Below are positions 37,223 to 46,549 of a stretch of 49,733 nucleotides of DNA, in pieces. The DNA is from a virus. Lineage: Duplodnaviria; Caudoviricetes. The notes beneath the pieces are model-generated. The model had not been told where the DNA came from and made no database searches. It was given only the letters and a program-made list of their open reading frames with translations. Position numbers and translations under genes: made by a program. The DNA is taken from positions 1 to 49,733 of IMG/VR virus record IMGVR_UViG_3300011335_000110; one strand, 5' to 3'. Each line of letters opens with the position of its first letter. The first letter of the stretch is position 1.

Positions 37223-37417
37223 TCAGAAGAGTTCGAGTTGACGCGAATCTTTAGTCGTTGGGCGCTCCATGACGGGGTAACCAGCAAGGCGGCTTAGAAG
37301 TTCCATCTGCCAGTTCCTAGGCAAACCCTCGGGGGTGTGCACCAAGTCTTCGGCAAAGCGAACTAGTTCTTGCGTGGTGAGGGATCTAGGTTGTATTCCG
37401 TACATATTTTTCTCCAT
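37223..37417 (-). CDS. Hypothetical protein
   Basis: Short ORF in the operon, ending QLELF; the start may be the second ATG. Confidence 0.55.
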   Translation of the reverse strand: MEKNMYGIQPRSLTTQELVRFAEDLVHTPEGLPRNWQMELLSRLAGYPVMERPTTKDSRQLELF

Positions 37418-37656
37418 GCCTCGTCTGCTGAGTGAGAGGTCTTCATTATGTGAGTTAAGAAATCGACGCGGTCACGATAGGCCACAAACACTTCCGTGCC
37501 TGTAAACCAGTTGTAGACAGTCTGTCGAGAGACGCCAAGCGCATAGGCAATCTTCGTGACCGGAAAGTCATGGTGGATCGCCCAACGCCCAAGCTGGTTA
37601 CCCAGAGACTTGGGAGTCTTTGCTACTTCGTCAATGATTTTTTGTGAATAGGCCAT
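37363..37656 (-). CDS. Cro/XRE-like helix-turn-helix protein
   Basis: VTKIAYALGVSRQTVYNWFTG. Confidence 0.8.
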   Translation of the reverse strand: MAYSQKIIDEVAKTPKSLGNQLGRWAIHHDFPVTKIAYALGVSRQTVYNWFTGTEVFVAYRDRVDFLTHIMKTSHSADEAWRKICTEYNLDPSPRKN

Positions 37657-37662
37657 GTTTTT

Positions 37663-37681
37663 AAAGGGGGCCGAAGCCCCC
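37663..37681 (-). terminator. UUCG hairpin/weak terminator after the SSB-like gene
   Basis: Minus strand GGGGGC-TTCG-GCCCCC-TTT. Confidence 0.65.
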
Positions 37682-37688
37682 TGTATGC

Positions 37689-38669
37689 TTACTCATCGTC
37701 CCAATCAGCAACGATGTCGGCCAGCTTGTTCTTCTTAGCTGGTACGGACTCAACCTTGGGTGCGGCTTTACGCACTTCGGGTTCTTCTTCAGCCTCAACC
37801 GCAGGCTTGGCTTTCTTGGCCTTGGTCGCTTTGACTTCTGCCATAGACTCGGCTTCGTCTTCATCAAGCAAGTCGCCAAGGGTCTTAGCAGTCGGGGGCT
37901 TGCCCTCAATAGCCAATGGTGCAGGGGCGACAACGCCATCAGCGGCGGCAGGGGTCACCGACACGGCTTTATCCGCATCCTTGGACTTGGACTGATCCTG
38001 AGCCACTAGGTACTCGTCATCAGTCAACCAACGCACAGGGGCGAAGATCAGCTTGGGAGACTCAGCCTTGGTGTCAAACTTCATGCGAGTCACGATGGCG
38101 TCCAAGTTAACAGGCGGTGTCTGAGCCGCCATGTAACGAGCGTAGGCTTGCAGTGGGCGCTTGTCGCCCTCTTCCTTGCCGAAGATGGACGTAGCTGGCA
38201 GGGTGACCTGCAACACATCGCCTTCAGGGTTGTTAGCCAAGACCACAGCCAAGCGCTGTTGGTAACGGCATGCACGGCTTTGACCATTGCCAGACCCAGC
38301 GATGTTCTGTGGGCATGCGGTACAGCTTGATGCTTGCTTGTTACGCACACCTGCATCGGGCTTGTCACCATCAGCAGAGGTGCAGTCAGGGGCGGCTGCA
38401 GCCGCGTCTTTGTCATACGATCCTGCGTAGAAGATACGGCTGACCTTGGGGGCGGCTTTGACCACAATCACATCCAAGAAGCGCTCATCGATAGCGGCAA
38501 TCTCTTTGCCACCAGCAAGCAAGCGGAACACACCGCCCTTGATGGAGACGCGCTTCATGCCGGCATTGGTGTTGACGCCACCGGCCAGAGCCAAAGTAGT
38601 TGCAGAAAGCTCAGCGTTCTTGGCGAAAGCTGGCACGTTTGAGGGGTTGAACATTGCAATGTTGCTCAT
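37689..38669 (-). CDS. Putative ssDNA-binding/annealing protein
   Basis: Replication module; Cys cluster (C..CTACPQN..C); acidic aromatic C-terminus ADWDDE. Confidence 0.55.
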   Translation of the reverse strand: MSNIAMFNPSNVPAFAKNAELSATTLALAGGVNTNAGMKRVSIKGGVFRLLAGGKEIAAIDERFLDVIVVKAAPKVSRIFYAGSYDKDAAAAAPDCTSADGDKPDAGVRNKQASSCTACPQNIAGSGNGQSRACRYQQRLAVVLANNPEGDVLQVTLPATSIFGKEEGDKRPLQAYARYMAAQTPPVNLDAIVTRMKFDTKAESPKLIFAPVRWLTDDEYLVAQDQSKSKDADKAVSVTPAAADGVVAPAPLAIEGKPPTAKTLGDLLDEDEAESMAEVKATKAKKAKPAVEAEEEPEVRKAAPKVESVPAKKNKLADIVADWDDE

Positions 38670-38680
38670 TTAATTTCCGA

Positions 38681-39082
38681 TTAAGTTGGTTTGCGTACAG
38701 AGATATCGAACTCAGATGTAGAGTTCAGGCCGGGCGGTACGACCCCGGGGTTTTCTTCCAAGAACTGTGACATGTTGCCTTGCGCAATGCGCTTCTCCAA
38801 AAGCTCGACGGCCTCGTGAGCCAATACGAACTTCTTGAACTCGTCCCAGTCCTGTGTGTAGTAGCGAGTCTTCACGGACATAACTGCCGTGCCCTCGGTA
38901 GTGCGAACTGATGTGACGCCCATCGCCTTCATCTGTTCCTTGATTGCATTCTTGATCTCGTCCTGTTGGCCTTTAAGTACTTCAGCTTGTGTGTCGTACT
39001 CTTGGGTCAGTTCGGTCATTTTTGTGCGTAACTTGCGGTAAATTTTTACCAACTTGTCTAACGGTACTGCTTCTTCTTCCAT
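38681..39082 (-). CDS. Conserved coiled-coil replication-module protein
   Basis: AGGAG RBS; DWDEF..LLEKRI..PPGL. Confidence 0.6.
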   Translation of the reverse strand: MEEEAVPLDKLVKIYRKLRTKMTELTQEYDTQAEVLKGQQDEIKNAIKEQMKAMGVTSVRTTEGTAVMSVKTRYYTQDWDEFKKFVLAHEAVELLEKRIAQGNMSQFLEENPGVVPPGLNSTSEFDISVRKPT

Positions 39083-39095
39083 TGCTTCTCCTGTT

Positions 39096-39147
39096 AATTA
39101 TTTGTCTAAGGTTGGACAGTTTACACGTGATTTAATTGGTTGCAACC
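39096..39147 (-). promoter_or_regulatory. Putative promoter with palindromic operator
   Basis: Minus strand TTGCAA-N16-TAAACT; palindrome TGTCTA-N4-TGGACA at 39103-39118. Confidence 0.55.
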
Positions 39148-39152
39148 CCCTT

Positions 39153-40712
39153 TCATGATTTAATTTCAGTCTCGAACATTTCGGTTAAAAGTAAGTTATC
39201 ACTAACTTTCCCTGCCAACGCATTAAACATCTTCCTCTCGATGGCGCTACCCTGAATGTGAATCACAGTAACTTTGTCTGAGTCTTGCCCCTTGCGGTCA
39301 GCACGGGCACAGCATTGGATGTACTGCTCTACGCTCATGAGTGGCCCATAAAACACCACAGTATCAGCGGCAGTCAACGTAATGCCATGCGCAGAAGCCG
39401 CAGGTTGCATCACCAAGACCCGAGGGTCTGCTTCTGTTTGGAAGCGGTTGATAGTTATACCGCGCTTGCTTGGCGTAATGTCTCCATGAATGCACTCATT
39501 GACAATCCCCTTCTTGGTGAGGTAGTTGCTAATGGTGTCGATGGTGCTTCGGAACAAGGCGAAGATGATGACCTTGCGATCAGTCTCCTCCAGTATCTCC
39601 TCCAGTACAGCAAGGCGAGGCGCTGAATCAAACTCAACCACTTCCTTGTCGTCTGTGTAAGCTGCACCACAACTGATCTGCAAGAGCTTGGATACGCCAG
39701 CGGCGGCATTGACTGCCGTGATGGTCTCTCCTGCGGCTTGCACCAGCATGCGCTCCTTCAAGAGATCGTAGTACTTCTTCTGCTGTGGTGTTAGCGCTAC
39801 TTCACGAGTCATGGTAATGACAGGGGGTAAGTCAAGGCACTGTGCTTTGGTGTAACGTATCGCCGGCTGAAGAGCCTCGTGTACTTTGTCCTTGGCATCA
39901 GCCTTTGGCGCCCACTTAAACAGTGTGATCTTGTTCATCACTTGATCGCGCCATGCTGTCAGGAAGCGAGGCACGTTGTCAGGGTTCACAAGTTTGGCTA
40001 ACCCGTACGCATCCACAGGTGACTGCGAGGCTGGTGTGCCTGTCATCATCCACAGATATGTGTTGGGTGTAAGTATCGAGTTGAGTGCTTTCCAGCGTTT
40101 GGTCGATGGTGTTTTGTATGCGTTAGCTTCGTCCACAATGACTAGGTCAAAGCGTCCGTCGTTACGCACCTCATCCGCTATAAGGTTCAGCCCTTCGTAG
40201 TTGGCAATCACGATCTCGTAGTCACGCTGAATCATCTCGATACGGCGACTAGCTTGCGGGTGGTGCGCTATGACGGCAGAGCGATGCAGGATGCTGTTGT
40301 TGATGTCACCCATCCATGCGCTGTGCATGATAGACAAGGGGCACAGGATGAGAACCCTACGCACCTTACCTAGCTTCATCAAGTAGTCAGCCGCCCACAG
40401 TGCAGACAATGTCTTGCCCGTGCCGGGTTCGGAGAACACGAAGGCTCTCCTGTACAGCGTGAGGAACGCTGCCGTCTCGATCTGATGAGCCATGGGCTTG
40501 TAACGCCCCGGCCAATCGTAGCGCCTAGTGATAGGCGATGGTACGTTTTTAACACCTAGGTTACGCAACACCCGCGCTTCGTCCAAGCCCCAATACACTG
40601 CCACGTCGTAGCCACCATCCATGCGCTCGACGATCTTGTGTTTGGGTATTACCTTGTACTTGTTCGGGTTCCTTGTGCGTAAGACTATTGCTTTGTCTTC
40701 TATGATTTCCAT
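39153..40712 (-). CDS. SNF2-family (SF2) helicase
   Basis: EPGTGKT, VDEA, TGTP, HGITLT, QCCARADRKGQ. Confidence 0.9.
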   Translation of the reverse strand: MEIIEDKAIVLRTRNPNKYKVIPKHKIVERMDGGYDVAVYWGLDEARVLRNLGVKNVPSPITRRYDWPGRYKPMAHQIETAAFLTLYRRAFVFSEPGTGKTLSALWAADYLMKLGKVRRVLILCPLSIMHSAWMGDINNSILHRSAVIAHHPQASRRIEMIQRDYEIVIANYEGLNLIADEVRNDGRFDLVIVDEANAYKTPSTKRWKALNSILTPNTYLWMMTGTPASQSPVDAYGLAKLVNPDNVPRFLTAWRDQVMNKITLFKWAPKADAKDKVHEALQPAIRYTKAQCLDLPPVITMTREVALTPQQKKYYDLLKERMLVQAAGETITAVNAAAGVSKLLQISCGAAYTDDKEVVEFDSAPRLAVLEEILEETDRKVIIFALFRSTIDTISNYLTKKGIVNECIHGDITPSKRGITINRFQTEADPRVLVMQPAASAHGITLTAADTVVFYGPLMSVEQYIQCCARADRKGQDSDKVTVIHIQGSAIERKMFNALAGKVSDNLLLTEMFETEIKS

Positions 40713-40727
40713 TGCTTCTCCGAGCTA

Positions 40728-40967
40728 TTATTTTCCGTTGTCGCTTTGGTTTGCGCTCTTGTTACGGAGTCGTGTATTGCCTGCTGTTGACTTGCCTCCA
40801 GCACGCAAAGGTTTGATGTGGTCAATGTCTTTGCCTGCTCTGTCAACACCTTTCTTATCGTAGGCTCTACGGGCTTTCTGTCTCTCAACCTGATCGGCTG
40901 TCTCGCCCGTTTTCTTTTGCAGTTTGTATGCGTGTTTGTAATCACGCTTGCCGTTGGTTTGTGTCAT
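40728..40967 (-). CDS. Small HNH-like protein
   Basis: DIDHIKPL..GG..N.R....N. Confidence 0.65.
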   Translation of the reverse strand: MTQTNGKRDYKHAYKLQKKTGETADQVERQKARRAYDKKGVDRAGKDIDHIKPLRAGGKSTAGNTRLRNKSANQSDNGK

Positions 40968-40976
40968 TACTTCCTC

Positions 40977-41642
40977 CTAGTGTTTAGGATTGAACTCGCA
41001 TCCGGTGACCTGACACCATCCGCAGAGTGGGGTTTGATTTGGGTTCCATACATCTGTCTCAAAGCACGCTTCAAGACGTGCAGTACGCTCACGATACTTC
41101 CACCAAAACTGCTCGGCTTGCTCTCGTAGCATCTGCATCTTGACCATATCATTTTTAACAATGAACAGCAACGCAGAGTTAACCTTGCGGATGTGGGGGA
41201 AGTGTGCGAAGACCATAAGCGACATAAGCACAAGCTGATCCCTGTCGGGGTACTTGTTGTTGCCAGTCTTCCAATCTCCCACCCACGCCGTAAGGTTGTC
41301 ATCGTTAACGATCAGGATGTCGGCAATGCCTCGAACCCAAACGTCAGGGGACTTCCAGCCCGTAGGCTTTAAGTCCACCGTTAATGCCATCTCATGCTCA
41401 GCAAGCGCTCTGCCTGACTTACCCAGCATGGCGTCCACTACAGGCTGAAACTGCGCATACTCAGGTGGTATTGGCGTCTTGTCCCTGATGTAGTCTTCGA
41501 TAGCCTTATGTACCTGATTGCCGTACCGCGTAGCCTCAGTCTCTTGGAAGGGGTACTTCTTTAAGACCTTGACCTCGTGGTATCGGCGCTGACAGCCTTC
41601 AAAATCTTTGAGACTGCTGTGTGACCATGCTGGTTGTTTCAT
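40977..41642 (-). CDS. PD-(D/E)XK Cas4-like exonuclease
   Basis: GIADIL, GDWKTG, QL motif; N-terminal Cys plus C-terminal CGWC..C. Confidence 0.85.
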   Translation of the reverse strand: MKQPAWSHSSLKDFEGCQRRYHEVKVLKKYPFQETEATRYGNQVHKAIEDYIRDKTPIPPEYAQFQPVVDAMLGKSGRALAEHEMALTVDLKPTGWKSPDVWVRGIADILIVNDDNLTAWVGDWKTGNNKYPDRDQLVLMSLMVFAHFPHIRKVNSALLFIVKNDMVKMQMLREQAEQFWWKYRERTARLEACFETDVWNPNQTPLCGWCQVTGCEFNPKH

Positions 41643-41944
41643 TCAAACTTTGCTGTGTTAATGGCTTCTGTTAATCGGTTGGCAAACTTGGTGACAAACG
41701 CTTCGTTGGAGTTAAGGCGGTGCTCGCCCATGTCTTTCAGAATTGTGTGTACTACCTCGTGCCAAAACGTGTCGGTAATCTCTTCGGGCTTGAACTGCCT
41801 GCCCGTGATGTTACTCGTTCGACCTAGTTGAATACGGCGGTCATCGTAATGAACACGCCCTATGACAGACTTGTCTAGCATAGCTTCGACTACCTCGACT
41901 GAGTACCACCTACGACCGACTCTTATTTTTGTTGGTAACTTCAA
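41639..41944 (-). CDS. Small HExxH metallopeptidase-like protein
   Basis: TFWHEVVH and a downstream NEAFV. Confidence 0.65.
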   Translation of the reverse strand: MKLPTKIRVGRRWYSVEVVEAMLDKSVIGRVHYDDRRIQLGRTSNITGRQFKPEEITDTFWHEVVHTILKDMGEHRLNSNEAFVTKFANRLTEAINTAKFE

Positions 41945-41955
41945 TATTGCTTCTC

Positions 41956-43956
41956 CTAGTTTTTAGCTAACCCATAACGACGGTGTGCGCCACCGTCAGC
42001 GTCCAATGGAATGCCCGGCATATAGGGCGGCTCCATAGTCATCTGAGCTAAGACCCAAGCCTTAGCCTCAGACACCTCTGCGTCAGGAACCACAACGATC
42101 TGCTCGTCGTGCACTGTTCCAGCCACAAAGTATCTCTTAGCAGTACGAACCATACCATCTGTCATTACGCATCTCGCTACGCCCTGCGTGACATTGTTGG
42201 TTATCTTGCCTGCATATATCTTAGTACGATCTTGGCCGTATGTCCACTCGACCTGCTCTTTATTTGTTTTCTCGTCTGTGTAGCGCCTGACGTTGAGGTC
42301 AGGATACAACAGTTTCATCCCCGAGGGAAGCTCGATTTCCCCCTTGCGGTAGGTCAGGCACTTGTGCTTGTATTCCTTGCCCTTGTACAGCGAAGCGTGG
42401 ATAAGCTCGGTGTTGAGGCTCCAGAAATCCACCACAGGCGTAGCCGTAGCCCTGTACTTATCTATGATCGCCTTGGATGCTAGGCAGTGAATGACTAGCT
42501 CCTTGGTCGTACAGGTGTGCGGTATGGCGTTGAGCTTCTCGACATTGACTTCCCAGTCTAGGAACTTCTGCGCCATGGCTTGGGTAACACCAAGTTTCTT
42601 TGCAAAGCCCAAATCGTACCGTTGCGGTGGCGCCCCCAGAAATCCCGTGAGAAGTTGTGACGCGAACGCTGCCCACCCCAACCCATAACCGCAACCGAGC
42701 AACGCGCTCTTCGCAGACTGCCGCAGGTCAGGGTGACTTTCCTTACTAAGTCCGGGTATGTTAAACATCTGCGCACCGAACGCGGCGTAAGGGTCGCCTC
42801 CAGCCTTGAAGATGTCAAGCATGTCTGTGTAATCTGAAAGCCATGCAAGTACTCGCGGCTCAATCTGCGAGAGATCCCCGACGACGAGTTGATGCCCCTC
42901 TGGAGCCATAATCGCTTCGCGTAAGAACGAGGGGCGTTCTTTTGTTCCACGCTTGAGGTTCTGCATGTTGATGGCCGAACCCTTGCTCGCCGTCCACCGA
43001 CCCGTCTGCGCACCGTAGTAGGAGAGAGGTACTGGTAAGGCGCCACGTTTACTAATGTCGAGGAATCTCTGAGCCCTTGTGCGCTCGGTGGTTGACTTAA
43101 CCCTAAGACGCGCTTCACATAGAAGGGCAACGTCTTCACGTTCACCGTTGAGTAACGCTTGAAATAAGGCATCGTTTTTAGCGAGGGCAAGTGTTTCTTT
43201 CCCAGTTGTCTTACTTGTCTTGGTTGGCGGAACCACATTGAGTTGCGTAAGCAGTGCAGCAAACTGCGGGTTCGACGCCAGTGCAGTTTCTTCCACGCCG
43301 AGCTTTTGTAATAGGGCTTCACGATTTTCTTTTTCCTCTAGTATGGCATCGGTCAACATGTTGGGGTCAAGTTCAAGGCATGCACGGGTGTACATCTTCA
43401 GCGTCATGTCGATGAGCCGAAGTTCCTTGGACGGATAGCCTCGTACAAGGCGCCCGAAGATTTGTTCGCAGAGAAATACATCGTGCGCGCAGTAATCGGC
43501 CAACTCTTCTTCGAGCTTGTCCGTAAGCTCCACCAATCCATTCGTCGAATATACGGCTGTCCCTTTGGGGGGAAGGCCAAAATCGCCTGCAAGTTTGGCG
43601 AGGGAATTGCCAACTTCCACGCCGCGTAGAGCACGCGCCATTGATAAGGTGTCGAAGATGAAGGCTGGATGTACAGCGTAGACCAACTCCATAATGGATA
43701 CATCGAACTGTGCGTTATGTGCAAGCACTGCGGTTCGTCCCCAATCGACACCATTGAAGTACTCAGGTAGTCCCTCTGCGCTAACCCATCTAGTTGGCTC
43801 ATCGCTTCCGTATACATGGACGCAAGCTCCGAACGCTCTAAATTTATCATGGCGTATGTACTCCTCGGTTGTCATCTTGCTGAGTGTGTAACCTTCCTTG
43901 GTGTCCCAATAGGTCTCGAAGTCGATCGTGATGATCTGTTTATAAGGTGCGCTCAT
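41956..43956 (-). CDS. polA: Family A DNA polymerase with 3'-5' exonuclease
   Basis: Exo motifs DFET, HNAQFD, YCAHD; motif A DLSQIE, motif B RQSAKSALLGCGYG, motif C VHDE. Start at MSAPYK (43956), after AAGGAG. Confidence 0.92.
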   Translation of the reverse strand: MSAPYKQIITIDFETYWDTKEGYTLSKMTTEEYIRHDKFRAFGACVHVYGSDEPTRWVSAEGLPEYFNGVDWGRTAVLAHNAQFDVSIMELVYAVHPAFIFDTLSMARALRGVEVGNSLAKLAGDFGLPPKGTAVYSTNGLVELTDKLEEELADYCAHDVFLCEQIFGRLVRGYPSKELRLIDMTLKMYTRACLELDPNMLTDAILEEKENREALLQKLGVEETALASNPQFAALLTQLNVVPPTKTSKTTGKETLALAKNDALFQALLNGEREDVALLCEARLRVKSTTERTRAQRFLDISKRGALPVPLSYYGAQTGRWTASKGSAINMQNLKRGTKERPSFLREAIMAPEGHQLVVGDLSQIEPRVLAWLSDYTDMLDIFKAGGDPYAAFGAQMFNIPGLSKESHPDLRQSAKSALLGCGYGLGWAAFASQLLTGFLGAPPQRYDLGFAKKLGVTQAMAQKFLDWEVNVEKLNAIPHTCTTKELVIHCLASKAIIDKYRATATPVVDFWSLNTELIHASLYKGKEYKHKCLTYRKGEIELPSGMKLLYPDLNVRRYTDEKTNKEQVEWTYGQDRTKIYAGKITNNVTQGVARCVMTDGMVRTAKRYFVAGTVHDEQIVVVPDAEVSEAKAWVLAQMTMEPPYMPGIPLDADGGAHRRYGLAKN

Positions 43957-44182
43957 TCTTCTCCTTGAGTTTGGCTTCAATGTAGGCCACGATTTCAGAT
44001 GGATTGACCCAACCAATCTCTTCTTCTCTGTTGTCGTGCCAAGTATCAAACGCTTTAATTTCCTCATCCGTCAGCCCAACCCACTCACGCCCAGGCAACG
44101 GATGCCCTGCTTGCTTGTAGGCTTCTTCCCGCCATAGATGTGTTCGTTTCCTGTGGTACTCACAGTTTGGGCAGTCAGTCAT
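43940..44182 (-). CDS. Hypothetical early protein
   Basis: CPNC; WVGLTDEEI..IEAKLKEKN module. Confidence 0.65.
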   Translation of the reverse strand: MTDCPNCEYHRKRTHLWREEAYKQAGHPLPGREWVGLTDEEIKAFDTWHDNREEEIGWVNPSEIVAYIEAKLKEKNERTL

Positions 44183-44436
44183 GCTTGTCCCCTTGCTTTA
44201 ATAGCGTCACGGTTATCAATGCAAGCCGCCCATGCTGATTTTGCCGTTGGGTTTCCTTCAAGCTTCGCATACACATCAGCGTGTTTCTTGCAAACTTCAG
44301 CACACGCCTCACGCTCATGCTCAATGGCTAAGTTGACCAAGGCAACCAAGTGCGGGGTTGATACAGTCCACGTTGTGTAGTGCTTGTTCTCTTGCACCAC
44401 TTTGTACAGTGCATCTAGGATTTCATCTTGTGTCAT
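44179..44436 (-). CDS. Hypothetical early protein (EREACA..IxARGQA module)
   Basis: ATGA overlaps; C-terminus shared with its neighbour. Confidence 0.65.
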   Translation of the reverse strand: MTQDEILDALYKVVQENKHYTTWTVSTPHLVALVNLAIEHEREACAEVCKKHADVYAKLEGNPTAKSAWAACIDNRDAIKARGQA

Positions 44437-44642
44437 GCTTGCCCCCTGTTGCGGATTTTCTCCACGTACTCAGGCAAAAGCCACGGCTCCACCATATTGG
44501 CAATTGCCTCACGCTCATTCTGTTGGAATCTGCGCAAGCAGTTGTAGAAAGCCTCGGCTTCAAAGCGTTGGAACCCGCACTCCATAGCTTCACGCACAAG
44601 TGCTTCTTTCTTGCTGATAATTTCGCCTGTTTCTGTTTTCAA
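44433..44642 (-). CDS. Hypothetical early protein (EREAIA..IRNRGQA)
   Basis: TTG start overlapping the upstream stop. Confidence 0.6.
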   Translation of the reverse strand: MKTETGEIISKKEALVREAMECGFQRFEAEAFYNCLRRFQQNEREAIANMVEPWLLPEYVEKIRNRGQA

Positions 44643-44914
44643 TTAAAGTTCTCCTTGGGTGGTGCGTCGAGGACGTTTAGAAAGCCGAAAAAATCGTTTG
44701 CCGCCAACATGAGTTGCGACGCCTCCATCTCATCACAGTTAAGGGTAACGACTCCTGCCATCTGATCTTCAGCGCGTCCTATGATGACGACAGCTTGCCC
44801 CGCGCTTTCGCCATAGCACATCACGAGCTTGTGTATGAGTAGTTTGAAGTGTGCCTGTTCCTCGTCAGACATGCCCTTGACTCTGCGCTCAAGCTCCTCT
44901 TGGGTCATCATGTC
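44639..44914 (-). CDS. Hypothetical protein
   Basis: ORF-track 44639..44959; true start uncertain and probably internal. Confidence 0.55.
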   Translation of the reverse strand, partial: DMMTQEELERRVKGMSDEEQAHFKLLIHKLVMCYGESAGQAVVIIGRAEDQMAGVVTLNCDEMEASQLMLAANDFFGFLNVLDAPPKENFN

Positions 44915-44915
44915 T

Positions 44916-45218
44916 TCATAAGCCACTTCTTTTCTCCCTGAGTATTTGTTGTAGTTCATCTATGTTGGTCTCTCTTGCTATGTAAGTTGTTCCGCCTGCG
45001 TTGTGTATGCGGTTGAGTTCAAGGTCTTGCAGGGCTGTTGTCTTGCCGTTGCCAGCCTTGCACTCAATCGCAATGAAGTGTCCGTCCATGCAGGCAATGA
45101 TGTCCGGAATACCTGCCCGACCAAAGCCGTTGGCTGGTGGCATGAAGTGGTAGATGCCTAGCTTGTTTAGTATCTCACGCACGCGCTTCTTGACTTTGGA
45201 TTCAGGTGTCGCTGCCAT
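44916..45218 (-). CDS. VRR-NUC nuclease / Holliday junction resolvase-like protein
   Basis: PESKVK, GIPDII, AIECKA, TALQ. Confidence 0.85.
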   Translation of the reverse strand: MAATPESKVKKRVREILNKLGIYHFMPPANGFGRAGIPDIIACMDGHFIAIECKAGNGKTTALQDLELNRIHNAGGTTYIARETNIDELQQILREKRSGL

Positions 45219-45427
45219 TACTTCTCCTGTGTCTCTATTAGTTTTGTGAGGTAGTGCTGTGCCTTCTTCAAGTCATCAACACCGCCCTTGTCTCTCCAAC
45301 GGGACACGTACTTTATTACATTACCTTCCAAGTAGCCAATGTTATTTGAGACGATGTAGTCCCATGGCTGAATGGCTTTGTTCTTGTAGTGAGTACCCGC
45401 TACCTGTATTTGATTAGCGCTAGTCAT
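45218..45427 (-). CDS. DUF3310 (SaV-like) protein
   Basis: THY..IQPWD..GNVIKYVSR..KGGVDDLKKA. Confidence 0.85.
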   Translation of the reverse strand: MTSANQIQVAGTHYKNKAIQPWDYIVSNNIGYLEGNVIKYVSRWRDKGGVDDLKKAQHYLTKLIETQEK

Positions 45428-45731
45428 TGATCTCTCTCCTTTTGTTTAAAAATATAGCATCATCGGGGTTGCGTATCTTTTCACGCGATCTCCTTCCCGC
45501 GTGTTCTGGTTTGGGGCAGTTCTCAGGTACGTCAACGACGACCCAAATTGCCGCCAATGTATTGCGGTAGGTTGCGTTCTCCCACCGATCGATATACACA
45601 CCGAACACACCCTCCAATGATTTGTTGACAGAGCGAAAGTCTATGCCAGTGAACTTGGCTATGTCGCTTGACTTCAAACCATCGGGGTGTCGCTTGAGCA
45701 GTTCACGAATGATGTTGTGATTACTCTTCAA
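45420..45731 (-). CDS. Putative winged-helix DNA-binding protein
   Basis: IRELLKRHPDGLKSSDIAK..YIDRW. Confidence 0.55.
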   Translation of the reverse strand: MKSNHNIIRELLKRHPDGLKSSDIAKFTGIDFRSVNKSLEGVFGVYIDRWENATYRNTLAAIWVVVDVPENCPKPEHAGRRSREKIRNPDDAIFLNKRREIND

Positions 45732-45957
45732 GTTTCAGGCTCCTTTGTTTAGCTTCAATACAATCCTTGCAGATGAATCTGCGTAGGCTGTTGGTAAACC
45801 CTGCCATCATCTTTTCTGAACCCCCTTGGCGGGGTTTAGTTTTCTGACACTTCCAACACAGTAGCCCCTGTCGGCTCGCCCACGATCCAAACTGCTTGTT
45901 TGGGGCTAGTGCTGCTTGGTTACTCTCCAGCACGTTAAAAAGTCCGTTACCTTTCAT
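45721..45957 (-). CDS. Small zinc-finger protein
   Basis: CWKC and CKDC. Confidence 0.6.
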   Translation of the reverse strand: MKGNGLFNVLESNQAALAPNKQFGSWASRQGLLCWKCQKTKPRQGGSEKMMAGFTNSLRRFICKDCIEAKQRSLKLEE

Positions 45958-46361
45958 GGGCTTTCTCCGTGTGGTCTGGCAGTGGCTACGTAGTCAGGGC
46001 GTTTCTCGTACGTGGGTACATGTACGTCTTTGAAGAAGCAAGTATCGCCATCAAAGCGTACAGTGTCGCCCCGATATGTCCACACCCATTTCTTAATAGG
46101 CGTACCTTGCGTCACAAAACTAGTCCCGTGGATTGTGATTGCCCACTCACCCTCTTGCCGAGTGCGATTAACCAAACCCCAATAGCGTAGTTTCTGAAAG
46201 TTAGTCCATTGCACTCGGGTCAGTCGCAGGTTTCTTAAGCCTATCGGCCCCCCACCAGCCGCCCAAAGTTCATACAAACCATGCGCTAAACCTTTGTTAA
46301 AAACATGGCGGTATTCAACCATCTTGGCGTCACAATGCCCGCAACGCTTTATTGTTTTCAT
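45954..46361 (-). CDS. Hypothetical protein (CxxC, possible wHTH)
   Basis: CGHC; FQKLRYWGLV; ATGA overlaps. Confidence 0.6.
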   Translation of the reverse strand: MKTIKRCGHCDAKMVEYRHVFNKGLAHGLYELWAAGGGPIGLRNLRLTRVQWTNFQKLRYWGLVNRTRQEGEWAITIHGTSFVTQGTPIKKWVWTYRGDTVRFDGDTCFFKDVHVPTYEKRPDYVATARPHGESP

Positions 46362-46549
46362 GTTTTCATCTCCCGCACGTACCGCGCAAAGCTGTCGGAT
46401 GTGTCACCAAAGGCAATGCGCATTGCATCAAACTCAAGCGCTACCTCTTCAAGCACGGCGTTGCGCACCATAGGGTCTATATTCATGTGCACTTTGGGCG
46501 TGCCAAAGATGCTCTCAAAGTCTTCTTTATTAAATAGTGTGTCACTCAT
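46358..46549 (-). CDS. Hypothetical protein (RNAVLEEVA module)
   Basis: Tightly packed ORF. Confidence 0.6.
   Translation of the reverse strand: MSDTLFNKEDFESIFGTPKVHMNIDPMVRNAVLEEVALEFDAMRIAFGDTSDSFARYVREMKT

Noticed and set aside
40977-41642. Cas4-like gene as a sign of CRISPR-Cas
   Set aside because: No repeat-spacer array or other cas genes; standalone Cas4-like nucleases are common in phage replication modules.
42558-43850. 254-aa and 148-aa alternative-frame ORFs inside polA
   Set aside because: The polA frame is intact with all motifs; the alternative products look like codon-bias by-products.
43957-44067. N-terminal extension of polA in the ORF track
   Set aside because: It overlaps the upstream gene; the RBS and Exo I position favour the ATG at 43956.
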